Below are positions 12,337 through 24,590 of a stretch of DNA of 64,000 bases, piece by piece. The position numbers were made by a program, and so were the translations under genes. The notes beneath the pieces were generated by a model, which saw only the letters and a program-made list of their open reading frames with translations, did no database searches and was not told the origin of the DNA. The DNA is from Callorhinchus milii (taxonomy: Eukaryota), in the NCBI RefSeq assembly GCF_018977255.1, contig NW_024704742.1, forward strand, positions 48,362,001 through 48,426,000, read 5' to 3'. How positions within the stretch are numbered: the first letter of the stretch is position 1; each line of letters begins with the position of its first letter.

Positions 12337-15300
12337 GAGAGAGAGAGTGAGAGAGAGGATAGAGAGAGAGTGTGAGAGAGGATAGAGAGAGAGTGTGAGA
12401 GAGGATAGAGAGAGAGTGTGAGAGAGGATAGAGAGAGAGTGTGAGAGAGGATAGAGAGAGAGTGTGAGAGAGGATAGAGAGAGAGTGTGAGAGAGGATAG
12501 AGAGAGAGTGTGAGAGAGGATAGAGAGAGAGTGTGAGAGAGGATAGAGAGAGAGTGTGAGAGAGGATAGAGAGAGAGTGTGAGAGAGGATAGAGAGAGAG
12601 TGAGAGAGGATAGAGAGAGAGTGTGAGAGAGGATAGAGAGATAGAGTGTGAGAGAGGATAGAGAGTGTGAGAGAGGATAGAGAGTGTGAGAGAGGATAGA
12701 GAGTGTGAGAGAGGATAGAGAGTGAGAGAGGATAGAGAGTGTGAGAGAGGATAGAGAGTGTGAGAGAGGATAGAGAGTGTGAGAGAGGATAGAGAGTGTG
12801 AGAGAGGATAGAGAGTGAGTGTGAGAGAGGATAGAGAGTGAGTGTGAGAGAGGATAGAGAGTGAGTGTGAGAGAGGATAGAGAGTGAGTGTGAGAGAGGA
12901 TAGAGAGTGAGTGTGAGAGAGGATAGAGAGTGTGTGTGAGAGAGGATAGAGAGTGTGTGTGAGAGAGGATAGAGAGTGTGTGTGAGAGAGGATAGAGAGA
13001 GAGTGTGAGAGAGGATAGAGAGAGAGTGTGAGAGAGGATAGAGAGAGAGAGTGTGAGAGAGGATAGAGAGAGAGAGTGTGAGAGAGGATAGAGAGAGAGA
13101 GTGTGAGAGAGGATAGAGAGAGAGTGTGAGAGAGGATAGAGAGAGAGAGTGTGAGAGAGGATAGAGAGAGAGTGTGAGAGAGGACAGAGAGAGAGTGTGA
13201 GAGAGGACAGAGAGAGAGTGTGAGAGAGGACAGAGAGAGAGAGTGTGAGAGAGGACAGAGAGAGAGTGTGAGAGAGGATAGAGAGAGAGAGTGTGAGAGA
13301 GGATAGAGAGAGAGAGTGTGAGAGAGGACAGAGAGAGAGAGTGTGAGAGAGGATAGAGAGAGAGTGTGAGAGAGGATAGAGAGAGAGTGTGAGAGAGGAT
13401 AGAGAGAGAGAGTGTGAGAGAGGAGAGAGAGAGAGAGTGTGAGAGAGGAGAGAGAGAGAGAGTGTGAGAGAGGAGAGAGAGAGAGAGTGTGAGAGAGGAT
13501 AGGAGAGAGAGAGGATGTGAGAGAGGATAGAGAGGAAGAGAGTGTGAGAGAGGATAGAGAGAGAGTGTGAGAGAGGATAGAGAGAGAGTGTGAGAGAGGA
13601 TAGAGAGAGAGTGTGAGAGAGGGAGTGAGAGAGTGTGAGAGAGGGAGTGAGAGAGTGTGAGAGAGGGAGTGATGAGAGAGTGTGAGAGAGGGAGAGAGAG
13701 AGTGTGAGAGAGGATAGAGAGAGAGAGTGTGAGAGAGGATAGAGAGAGAGGATAGGGAGAGAGGATAGAGAGAGAGAGTGAGAGAGGATAGAGAGAGAGA
13801 GTGTGAGAGAGGATAGAGAGAGAGAGTGTGAGAGAGGATAGAGAGAGAGAGTGTGAGAGAGGATAGAGAGAGAGAGTGTGAGAGAGGATAGAGAGAGAGA
13901 GTGTGAGAGAGGATAGAGAGAGAGAGTGTGAGAGAGGATAGAGAGAGAGAGTGTGAGAGAGGATAGAGAGAGAGAGTGTGAGAGAGGATAGAGAGAGAGA
14001 GTGTGAGAGAGGATAGAGAGAGAGAGTGTGAGAGAGGATAGAGAGAGAGAGTGTGAGAGAGGATAGAGAGAGAGAGGATAGGGAGAGAGGATAGAGAGAG
14101 AGAGTGAGAGAGGATAGAGAGAGAGAGAGTGTGAGAGAGAGAGAGGAGAGAGAGAGAGAGTGTGAGAGAGAGAGTGTGAGAGAGAGAGTGTGAGAGAGGA
14201 GAGAGAGAGAGTGTGTGAGAGGATAGAGAGAGAGAGTGAGTGTGTGAGAGATAGAGAGAGAGAGTGTGTGAGAGGAGAGAGAGAGAGAGAGTGAGAGAGA
14301 GGGTTAGAGAGAGAGAGAGTGTGAGAGAGGATAGAGAGAGAGAGTGTGAGAGAGGATAGAGAGAGAGAGTGTGAGAGAGGATAGAGAGAGAGAGTGTGAG
14401 AGAGGATAGAGAGAGAGAGTGTGAGAGAGGATAGAGAGAGAGAGTGTGAGAGAGGATAGAGAGAGTGTGAGAGAGGATAGAGAGAGTGTGAGAGAGGATA
14501 GAGAGAGTGTGAGAGAGGATAGAGAGAGTGTGAGAGAGGATAGAGAGAGAGAGAGAGTGTGGGAGAGGATAGAGAGAGAGAGAGAGTGTGGGAGAGGATA
14601 GAGAGAGAGAGAGTGTGGGAGAGGATAGAGAGAGAGAGTGTGGGAGAGGATAGAGAGAGAGAGTGTGAGAGAGGATAGAGAGAGAGAGTGTGAGAGAGGA
14701 TAGAGAGAGAGAGTGTGAGAGAGGATAGAGAGAGTGTGAGAGAGGATAGAGAGAGTGTGAGAGAGGATAGAGAGAGTGTGAGAGAGGAGAGAGAGAGTGT
14801 GAGAGAGGATAGAGAGAGTGTGAGAGAGGAGAGAGAGAGTGTGAGAGAGGAGAGAGAGAGTGTGAGAGAGGATAGGGAGAGAGAGAGAGTGTGGGAGAGG
14901 ATAGAGAGAGAGAGAGTGTGGGAGAGGATAGAGAGAGAGAGAGTGTGGGAGAGGATAGAGAGAGAGAGAGTGTGGGAGAGGATAGAGAGAGAGAGTGTGG
15001 GAGAGGATAGAGAGAGAGAGTGTGGGAGAGGATAGAGAGAGAGAGTGTGGGAGAGGATAGAGAGAGAGAGTGTGGGAGAGGATAGAGAGAGAGAGTGTGA
15101 GAGAGGATAGAGAGAGAGAGTGTGGGAGAGGATAGAGAGAGAGAGTGTGAGAGAGGATAGAGAGAGAGAGTGTGAGAGGAGAGAGAGGGAGGAGAGAGGA
15201 GAGAGAGAGAGAGAGTGTGAGAGAGGATAGAGAGAGAGAGTGTGAGAGAGGATAGAGAGAGAGAGAGAGTGAGAGAGGATAGAGAGAGAGTGTGTGAGAG

Positions 15301-17690
15301 AGGATAGAGAGAGAGTGTGAGACGAGAGAGAGAAGGATAGAGAGAGAGGATAGAGAGTGTGAGACGGGATAGAGAATGTGAGAGAGGATAGAGAGAGAGA
15401 GTGAGAGAAGATAGAGAGAGAGAGTGTGAGAGAGGATAGAGAGTGTGTGAGAGAGGACAGAGAGAGAGTGTGAGACGAGAGAGAGAAGGATAGAGAGAGA
15501 GGATAGAGAGTGTGAGACGGGATAGAGAGTGTGAGACGGGATAGAGAGAGAGTGTGAGAGAGGATAGAGAGAGCGTGTGAGAGAGGATAGAGAGAGAGTG
15601 TGAGAGGAGGATAGAGAGAGAGTGTGAGAGGAGGATAGAGAGAGAGTGTGGGAGAGGATAGAGAGAGTGTGGGAGAGGATAGAGAGAGTGTGGGAGAGGA
15701 TAGAGAGAGTGTGGGAGAGGATAGAGAGAGTGTGGGAGAGGATAGAGAGAGTGGGGAGAGGATAGAGAGAGTGTGGGAGAGGATAGAGAGAGTGTGAGAG
15801 AGGATATAGAGAGAGAGGATAGAGAGAGTGTGAGGAAGAGAGGGAGGATAGAGAAAATGTGAGAGAGGATAGAGAGTGTGAGAGAGGAGAGAGAGAGGAT
15901 ATATATAGTGAGAGGGGATAGAGAGAGTGTGAGAGGATAGAGAGAGTGTGAGAGGATAGAGAGAGTGTGAGAGGATAGAGAGAGTGTGAGAGGATAGAGA
16001 GAGTGTGAGAGGATAGAGGGAGTGTGAGAGGATAGAGGGAGTGTGAGAGGATAGAGGGAGTGTGAGAGGATAGAGGGAGTGTGAGAGGATAGAGGGAGTG
16101 TGAGAGGATAGAGGAGTGTGAGAGGATAGAGGGAGTGTGAGAGGATAGAGGAGTGTGAGAGGATAGAGGAGTGTGAGAGGATAGAGGGAGTGTGAGAGGA
16201 TAGAGGGAGTGTGAGAGGATAGAGGGAGTGTGAGAGGATAGAGGGAGTGTGAGAGGATAGAGGGAGTGTGAGAGGATAGAGGGAGTGTGAGAGGATAGAG
16301 GGAGTGTGAGAGGATAGAGGGAGTGTGAGAGGATAGAGGGAGTGTGAGAGGATAGAGGGAGTGTGAGAGGATAGAGGAGTGTGAGAGGATAGAGGGAGTG
16401 TGAGAGGATAGAGGGAGTGTGAGAGGATAGAGGGAGTGTGAGAGGATAGAGGGAGTGTGAGAGGATAGAGGGAGTGTGAGAGGATAGAGGGAGTGTGAGA
16501 GGATAGAGGGAGTGTGAGAGGATAGAGGGAGTGTGAGAGGGAGGATAGAGAGTGTGAGAGGGAGGATAGAGAGTGAGGGAGGATAGAGAATGGGGGAGGG
16601 AGGATAGAGAGAGAGGGAGGATAGAGAGAAGGGAGAGAGAGGGAGGATAGAGAGAGAGGGAGGATAGAGAGAGAGGGAGGATAGAGAGAGAGGGAGGATA
16701 GAGAGAGAGAGAGGGAGGATAGAGAGAGAGAGAGGGAGGATAGAGAGAGAGAGAGGGAGGATAGAGAGAGAGAGAGGGAGGATAGAGAGAGTGAGTGAGG
16801 GAGGACAGAGAGTGTGAGGAAGGTTAGAGAGAGTGAGGGGGGAATAGAGAGAGTGGGGGAGGGAGGATAGAGAGAGTGGGGGAGGGAGGATAGAGAGAGT
16901 GGGGGAGGGAGGATAGAGAGAGTGAGGGAGGATGGAGAGATTGAGAGAGGATTGATTGGGGGAGGATAGAGAGAGTGGGAGGCTAGAGAGAGAGAATAGA
17001 GAGAGTGAGTGAGGGAGGGTAGAGAGAGAGAGTGAGTGAGGGAGGATAGAGAGAGAGAGTGAGTGAGGCAAGATAGAGACAGTGAGTGAGGGAGGATAGA
17101 GAGAGAGAGTGAGTGAGGCAGGATAGAGACAGTGAGTGAGGGAGGATAGAGAGAGTGAGTGAGGGAGGATAGAGAGAGAGTGAGTGAGGCAGGATAGAGA
17201 CAGTGAGTGAGGGAGGACAGAGAGAGAGAGTGAGTGAGGCAGGATAGAGACAGTGAGTGAGGGAGGATAGAGAGAGTGAGTGAGGGAGGATAGAGAGAGA
17301 GAGTGAGTGAGGCAGGATAGAGACAGTGAGTGAGGGAGGATAGAGAGAGTGAGTGAGGGAGGATAGAGAGAGAGTGAGTGAGGCAGGATAGAGACAGTGA
17401 GTGAGGGAGGATAGAGAGAGAGAGTGAGTGAGGCAGGATAGAGACAGTGAGTGAGGGAGGATAGAGAGAGTGAGTGAGGCAGGATAGAGAGAGTGAGTGA
17501 GGGAGGATAGAGAGAGAGTGAGTGAGGGAGGATAGAGAGAGTGAGTGAGGCAGGATAGAGAGAGTGAGTGAGTGAGGCAGGATAGAGACAGTGAGTGAGG
17601 GAGGATAGAGAGAGTGAGTGAGGCAGGATAGAGAGAGTGAGTGAGGCAGGATAGAGTGAGTGAGGGAGGATAGAGCGAGTGAGAAGGAGA
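12337..17690 (+). repeat. ~5.3 kb compound purine-rich satellite, decaying to about 18070
   Basis: Units such as gagagaggatagagagagagtgt, gagaggatagagggagtgt and gagtgagtgagggaggata; very few C on the + strand. Confidence 0.98.
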
Positions 17691-18959
17691 GAAAAGAGAG
17701 AGAATAGAAGTGAGGAAAGAGAGAGAGGAACGAGAGTCAGAGATAGTATAAGGTAAGAGAGAGGACGAGAGCAAGGTGAGTGAGGAAAAACTATAGAGAG
17801 AGAGAGTGAGAAAATAAACAGAGGGAAGACATAGAGAGAGGAGCGAAGGTAGGTAGAGAAGGAAAGACACTACAGAGACGGAGAGACACATGAAGGAGGG
17901 AGAGACAGAGACACTGACAGAGAGAGGAGACAAGCGAAGACACCACCAGCCATCAGGGAGAGGAGGGACAGACCTGTAAAGAGAGGAGACAGAGCAGGGA
18001 GAGGAGAGGTAGACAGACAGGAGAAGATTGAGGAAATAGTATTCAGTAGAGAGAGGAAGGCACAGACTGAGCAGTAGCCCCGCACTCCACCTCTCTGACA
18101 CTTTGGTAAGTAAACAGTTCAACTCTAAAGACAAAACAACTTCTTAGAATTCTTTGAGGGAATTTAGGGATTTGGGGTTTTTTTTGGGTGGGGGGAAAGC
18201 ACAATTCTTGGGGTATAGTCGAATTGTCGCCTTGAGTATTTTTATTGCGTTTTTTTTCTTGCTGCGGGGTTTTTCATGTGGGTTTTTCGTACAAAAGCTT
18301 GTATTTTGTACGGAGCTCGGATCGTTTTCTTTCGGGTGCAGATTATTGTAAGATGTTTTATTTTACGTTTGCAGCACTTATGGCAATTTAGAGAAAGTTA
18401 AGTGGAAAATATCCTTTACTTCGGTTACAGTCGTTGCTGAAAGTTGTAAATATTCGTCCACGTTTGTGAGAACATCGGTGTAAGCAGTTGTGTCCTGATC
18501 CTCCAAAAGCTGTTGTCATACAACTGCACTAACAGGGCTTTGATACCCGAGTGTTCTCTTGGTGCTGGCGTTTCAATATCGGGAGATTTTTTCAGTACCC
18601 GAAAGTTTCAGTGAAACTATTGTTTCTCTTTGGATTTGTACTGAAATCTGTTCTCTTCTCAAGATCAAGATTGTATTTTCAAAGCTTGAGAATTGGGAGA
18701 AGGTATTCTGATTGTTTACTCGGTTTGTACTACAATGGGATTTTTTCCTCACTAAATTTCTCCCCGCATGTTTAGTAGACTTATGCTTTTTCATTTTACT
18801 AGGGTCCATTTCGAAGACATCAGATCTCTCGCCCAAGCGCCCATTATTGAGTTGCAAAACTTGACTGTGATTCATGGTCATTTAGTTGTGGGAGTTTTGC
18901 AGCTCGTAAACTGATGTCAATCAACCAACGCAAAGTCCACATGGGTATCTCCAGCAGAG

Positions 18960-19087
18960 AGATTGTCACACTCTGAGTGCTGCCCATCTGAGATCACCAA
19001 ACTCGACGCAGACCTGTTGACCAGACTTGGGATCTTCCTGGTTTATAGATCAGCCACTCATTGGAAAGACTGGCTGAGCCACCAGAG
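18960..19087 (-). mobile_element. Ancient tRNA-headed SINE-like remnant (family C head)
   Basis: Reverse complement ggtggctcag...ccaggaagatccc...ggtctgcgtcgagtttggtgatctcag resembles 24435-24590. Confidence 0.5.
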
Positions 19088-20014
19088 AAAATAAAGAACT
19101 TACAAAACACTTCACAAAAGAAAATAAAGACCTTGCAAAACAATTCAAAGGTAATTGCTGTGAAGTGTAGTCACAGATTTTGTAGACAGTCAGAAAGAGC
19201 ATGCACACTTTAATTGGAGAATCGTTTATTGAAAAGTTGAATTGGGAGAGAAATAAGACATCCTTAAAGTTCTAAAGTAATCCTTCCATTTCCACAACCA
19301 AATATGGGTTGTGCAATCTTTACTCATCGATGGGAGTAGAAATGATGTTTCATGACTTTTCCATTCTTATGAAGTATCTTTTTAGATTATGTAAGATTGT
19401 GTTGCTGGTATAACCTACAAGGAAATTCAAAATTTTGCGAGGACTACTTTTAATTTTGTGGGAGTCTGAGGCAGTTAGTGAATGTGGTGAGGAAACAATG
19501 TGAAGGCACTTACTGTGACATCACAGACACTGAGGTTTCATGGGAGGTATTTTAATCGGTCCTTTTACTAAACACTCAGTGGTGATTTGACTAAAAGATT
19601 GATGCATAATATTTAACAGCAGGTAACGAGCAATAAGGGCAATGCATAAATGAAAGTAATCTAAGAAAATTAAATTAACTTTAAGATTTAATAACATTTA
19701 TAGAGTGAAGAAACTTTAGCAGAACTTGGAACTTTAACTACGTGAATGTTTTTTTTGCAACGGTGTGGACAAGTTTTGTAATACTGTAGATTTACATCCA
19801 TCGTCTAGACTTTAGAACTTTAAGGGTGTAAGCTTTTACTATTTGCTATAAATTGCGTTGGGAAAAAAACAATTTTTTACAAGTAATAGTTTAATGTGTT
19901 ATCTAATCAGATATTTGAAGTCTGTTTATATGAATGTACTTTCTGACATTTTGCAGGAAACCTCACACTGATATGAATGAATGAATCTTTTTACCACTTG
20001 ATTAGACTTCAAAA

Positions 20015-20309
20015 ATGCTGCCTTCTAAAAGTGTAATGGTTTATTCGTCTGACATTCCATCTGAGATCTCGAATCTTGATGAACTGACCATTTCGAGTAA
20101 GAAGAGCACTTCATCTCACGGTGAAAAGAATGGCTACCCTGATTACATCTATGTTACAGCAGCTAAAATATTTCAGAACATTCATGCAGAAAAAGAATAT
20201 GATAGACAACTTGTAAACTATGGGACGGATCAAAGTTTAACTGTGCCAGAAATCAAAGATGAGAGAGCGCAACGCTGGGTGTACGAGCTGGCCTTTAGCA
20301 CCCTGAAGT
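20015..20309 (+). CDS. NSUN7: NSUN7 first coding exon (exon starts at 19957 with 58 nt of 5' UTR)
   Basis: Acceptor ttttgcag ends at 19956; start context aaaATG; donor gtaagt at 20310 (phase 1). Peptide ...EKNGYPDYIYVTAAKIFQNI...QRWVYELAFSTLK matches the vertebrate NSUN7 N-terminus as I recall it (EKTGYPDSVYVMAANIFQGI...YELAFSALK). Confidence 0.95.
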
Positions 20310-21250
20310 GTAAGTGAAACTGGTGAATAAATGGTATATTTGCAGCAGGGGAAAAGTCCTCCTCAGTTCTCCTTTTAACTTTTCTCCTTTTCCACATACT
20401 TCATGGTGTCCAATTCCACATGTGGAATGATGCCAGGTTATCTCTGCCTCTTCCCTAGATTCTTGGACCACTGCTGTTTTGACGGATTACCTGTCAGACA
20501 CCCAAGTTTTCAATAAGTTCTAACTTTCTACAGCTTAATGTCTCCCATCAGCACCTTTTCACCTCTGTCTGACTTGTATGCTGATTCTGGGACTTGAAAT
20601 CAAAGCTGGGTCAGATATCTGTAAAAACAATGATTATATCATCATTTTTTTAGGAAGTGCAAAAACGCTCATCCTAACCTGCAGAGGTTTGGGGTTGTTC
20701 AGTAATTTGTCTAAAGTTTTTATAACGCTTAATGTCATAATGTTAATTGTTCTCTGTTTGCCTACAAATACAATCACCACACTTTACAAAAAAAAAAGGT
20801 GCTTTGAATATTGCACACAGCAGTGCATCACAAATGACCATTTTTTAAACCTGGGGGATTGTTAACCAGGACATGAGGAAAAATTGTTGTCTTTTTCAAG
20901 TAGTGCCTTGGGATTTTTGAACATGCAGACGGAACTTCTGTAATGAGACTGATATCAAATGAAAGGCTTAGTATTAGTTTTATAATTTCTATACCATTTC
21001 TTCCATTTTGTAAATTATACTTGTATGTTTCCATCGGGTACAAATAGCTTGCATTATTACATATTGTTAGAAATCAATTGAAATGTTTTCTGTTCTAAAA
21101 ACATAGATTTTATAAAGTTCTTCAAGAACCTAATCATTTTGAGAAGTATTTGGGATGTATTATGTTTGCTTCGTGCCTTTGAGCTATTGCATTAGTACAT
21201 ATTTATTTTGAAGCAGAGTTTTCCATTGAATAATTATTCCCTTTTAACAG

Positions 21251-21309
21251 ATCAAGAACTCTTAGAAGAAATATTGGTGAACAGTTGTTTTTATCCATCT
21301 CAGTCAATT
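21251..21309 (+). CDS. NSUN7: NSUN7 coding exon 2 (59 nt)
   Basis: Acceptor ttttaacag, donor gtaagt; T+AT restores Tyr; encodes YQELLEEILVNSCFYPSQSI. Confidence 0.95.
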
Positions 21310-22509
21310 GTAAGTAAGCACTTTTTATACTGCAGAAAATTCTATAATTTTCCATTTCAGTGCCTCGTGAATTCAAGAATTATCTGGTTTCCGATCTTGT
21401 AGTTCTCTGCTTCTCTTGGGAAATGTGGCTTCTTTATCCTTTCAGTCGTTCCAAAACAGTTGACTGTCATTTGAGTGAGGACACTTGACTATTGAAATTT
21501 TTTTTATTACAAATGTCACTGAACGTTGGCCATTGTTTGCACAATCTGTAGCCATTACGTAAACGTTTGTATACATAATGGCACGTTGGGAGATCCTCCC
21601 GACATGAAATATAATTTTGTATTGTATATAATGTTCAAGCTTGTCATATTGCTCAGTTTCCCTTAGCTAAAATTAGTTTTGGATTCCTGTTAATGGCTTC
21701 CTTTCAAACAACATACAAGCTTGGGTTCAGTTTATGATTATGTATATCTATCACAGAAGAATATTGTCCAGTTCCTAAGTGGTGTGTGTGTGCACTTAAT
21801 GTCTCGTGGTCAACAATCCTCCAGATAATATTGTTCATTCACTTAACAGTTGTTTGTAGGACATTGCTATGTGCAAGTTGGCTGCTGCTTTTGCCTTCGA
21901 ATACACTCCAGTACTTTGGAATGTCCTCCTGACATGAAAGGCGCTATACATATGTAATTTGTTGTTTACAGTAAATCCTGAGTAGCGTTTTGAGAATGTG
22001 ATAAGGAGCAATAGTCAAATGAAAGGATGATTTTTCTTATAATCTGAACAGTGCCCAAGTTGATACGGGGCAATCCCATTACATGGCCGTGGTCTAGGTC
22101 CAAACGCCAATTTACGGGTCATCAGTTTGCTGCTGACATCGCATCACTGCATGAAGTGACGTTAGTAACACTTCTTTTGCATAACTGCATGCACAGCATG
22201 TAGAAAGTGACTGTGGCAACCAATCTGTAATCTGTAAATTGGGCCATTTTTTAGGGTAGTAAACTGGACAGTCTGCACCACAAACCAGAAGTATATCTCA
22301 CTTCCAGTATCCACAGAGACATCTGTGTTAAAAGTGAACCTGTACTTTACCAATGAGGAGAAAATAACTCTTTTAGAACAAAATGGTAAGCCTTTCAGAA
22401 CATCAATTAGTATGGCTTCTAGCTTACTGTGCTTTGCATATGGAGGAACTGAAAAGGATTGATTAAATGTTTCTATTGGAGAGACTTGGTCTGCTTTCTC
22501 TCTTGGGAA

Positions 22510-22842
22510 GGCTGTGTGTCAGTGGTAGCACTCTCGCTTCTGAGTCGGAAGATTGTGCATTTGAAATGTCAAACTGATGTCCCATCTGTCTGTTCAGGTG
22601 GATGTTAAAGATCCCATGACATTATTTGAAAAGAGAAGGGAGTTTCTACTGGTGTCCTGGCCAACAATCTCCCAAATAAAATTGGTCACTCACTCCATGG
22701 CTGTTTGTGGGACATTGCTATGCGTAACTGGCTGCCACATTTCACTCACAAAATACAGTCAATTTACTTTATAGTATACACTATGAAGCACTTTGAGATG
22801 TCTTGATTAGGTGCTATATCAAATGCAAGAATTATTATTATA
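22510..22842 (+). mobile_element. Deu-domain SINE (family B, SacSINE1/AmnSINE1-like), internally deleted
   Basis: tRNA-like head cagtggtagcactctcgcttctgagtc, Deu-like tctgtctgttcaggtggatgttaaagatcccatg...gtgtcctggccaac, shared tail. Confidence 0.8.
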
Positions 22843-23139
22843 AATTGGAAGCTTTGTATTTTTTAGTTATCTGTTTGCCCTGTGAAGCCTGTAGGTGAGT
22901 TTATAGAAGTATCATGATGTGAATGGGCTTCATTTGAAACAGCAAGAGCCCGTAATTTGTAATTAGGAATTCAGTGATATATAATGATGAAGAAATATTT
23001 TTGTGCTATCTTCAATTAAACTCTCTAATAGTAAGATGTCCATCTGTGTTTTGAAATGTGGATTAGTTGGCGAACAGTATAATCTTAGGATAAAATGCAT
23101 GTTCTGTGAGAAATTTAAGTTGCTAAATTTCACATTAGA

Positions 23140-23441
23140 TGGACGGCAGGTTGAAACGTTGGGCAAGTTTCGTTATTTGACGCGCCTCTGTTTACCTAGA
23201 AGTAAGTAGGAACCCACTTGTTAGCCGATTGGCGGATCGCTTTTCCGGGGATAATAATTCCTTCAAAAAAAAATTGGTCACTCAATTCCACGACTGTTTG
23301 TGGGTCACTGCTGTGTGTAATTAGATGCTGCGTTTCGCCCATAAAATATACAGTCAACTCACTTTACAGAACATTCTGTGAAGTGCTTTGAGATGTCTTG
23401 AAGATGTGATAAGGCGCTATATCAAATGCAAGGATTATTAT
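23140..23441 (+). mobile_element. SINE family A, 5'-truncated
   Basis: ttgggcaagtttc...gcctctgtttacctagaagtaagtaggaaccc... through aaggattatta. Confidence 0.88.
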
Positions 23442-24434
23442 CATATCATAGTGACTAAAATATGTTTCTTTTCAGTTTGTGTTTAATAAATCTAGTGATG
23501 TTCACATACAATATATTATAACTTGAGGCAGCATGTAAATTTTGTTTGACTTAAATATAAACTAAAGTTTAGTTGGAGGGAAGAAGATTATTCTTAAAGA
23601 AAAGGAAGTTAATTAGCAATGACCTGTCTATTTCTTCAATGTCATCATTTTAATTTCAGCAACTTTGATTTTGCAAAGTTTTGTTTACCATAACTACACA
23701 CCAGGGATTGGAGAAAATGGATTAAAGCAGCAAATATTAGATCTACAGTACAGAAGTATCGTGATTATTAGCATTATGAAAAATTTTTGGTAGTGAAAGG
23801 AAGATTACAGCATTTATTTTTATATGAAAGGCATTGATTTGCTTTATTAAAATTCATGCCTTGGTGATGTGTTGGCAGCATCACAGTGATTTGAATATGT
23901 TTCTATTTGCAGCTAAAACTATTGTGAAGTCACTAAGTGATGAAATCTGTTTCCAGAGAGAAAAATCTCTCTAGTCCCCTTCTGCTTTCCTGAGACATTT
24001 CCTTACAGGGCAGCATTAGGAAGTTACAAGTTTACCATCTCCTGCTTATGATTGGGTGCAGCCTGGAAAGGCTGAGGGGAAGAGGAAAGAACAATAAAAT
24101 TTAAATCAAAATAATTTGAAGTGATAGGAGGTTGACAAGAAGACAAATGTCTTAAATAGGCTTGAAGTATCGAGGACAATTGAGTCTCACATTAAGGAGA
24201 GCAAATAATAGTGTAAAATTAACTGGCTTGTCTTTTTTGAATAGGGTTGTGATAGTGAAAGCCATGTGTCTGATTAAAGGTTATATTTTATTTGCAATTT
24301 GTAATTTTTCTTCCCTTTCCCTTTTTGTTTCTGAATCTTTTCCAGAATTGCAAATGAGACGAATATTATAGAAGAGATTTGTTCCATATCAGCCGCACCA
24401 CTTTGCTTCCTCCCTCCACATAGATTATACTACC

Positions 24435-24590
24435 AGGGCAGGCTCAGTGGTGTAGTGGATATAGCCGCATCTTACAAAATAGGAACTTGCTGGTTTGAAT
24501 CCAGGCCTGTGCTGAGTTTGCTGGTCTCAACTGGGGGAGGTGGGTGGCTAAATCAGCTCGACCATCCCAGCATTAGGGAGGGAAAAAGTT
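24435..24590 (+). mobile_element. Ancient SINE-like remnant (family C, 5' part)
   Basis: A/B-box-like ggctcagtgg and ggtttgaatcc, followed by ctgtgctgagtttgctggtctca...agggagggaaaaa. Confidence 0.55.

Noticed and set aside
10832..17071. 2079-aa minus-strand ORF, plus overlapping ORFs 16983-18134 and 14715-15035
   Set aside because: Translation of the satellite and minisatellite. The pyrimidine-rich strand rarely forms stop codons, and the product is S/L/H/T/P low-complexity text with no domain.
12337..17690. Array of GATA-factor sites in the satellite
   Set aside because: The core is GGATAG, which does not fit the WGATAR consensus at the first position.
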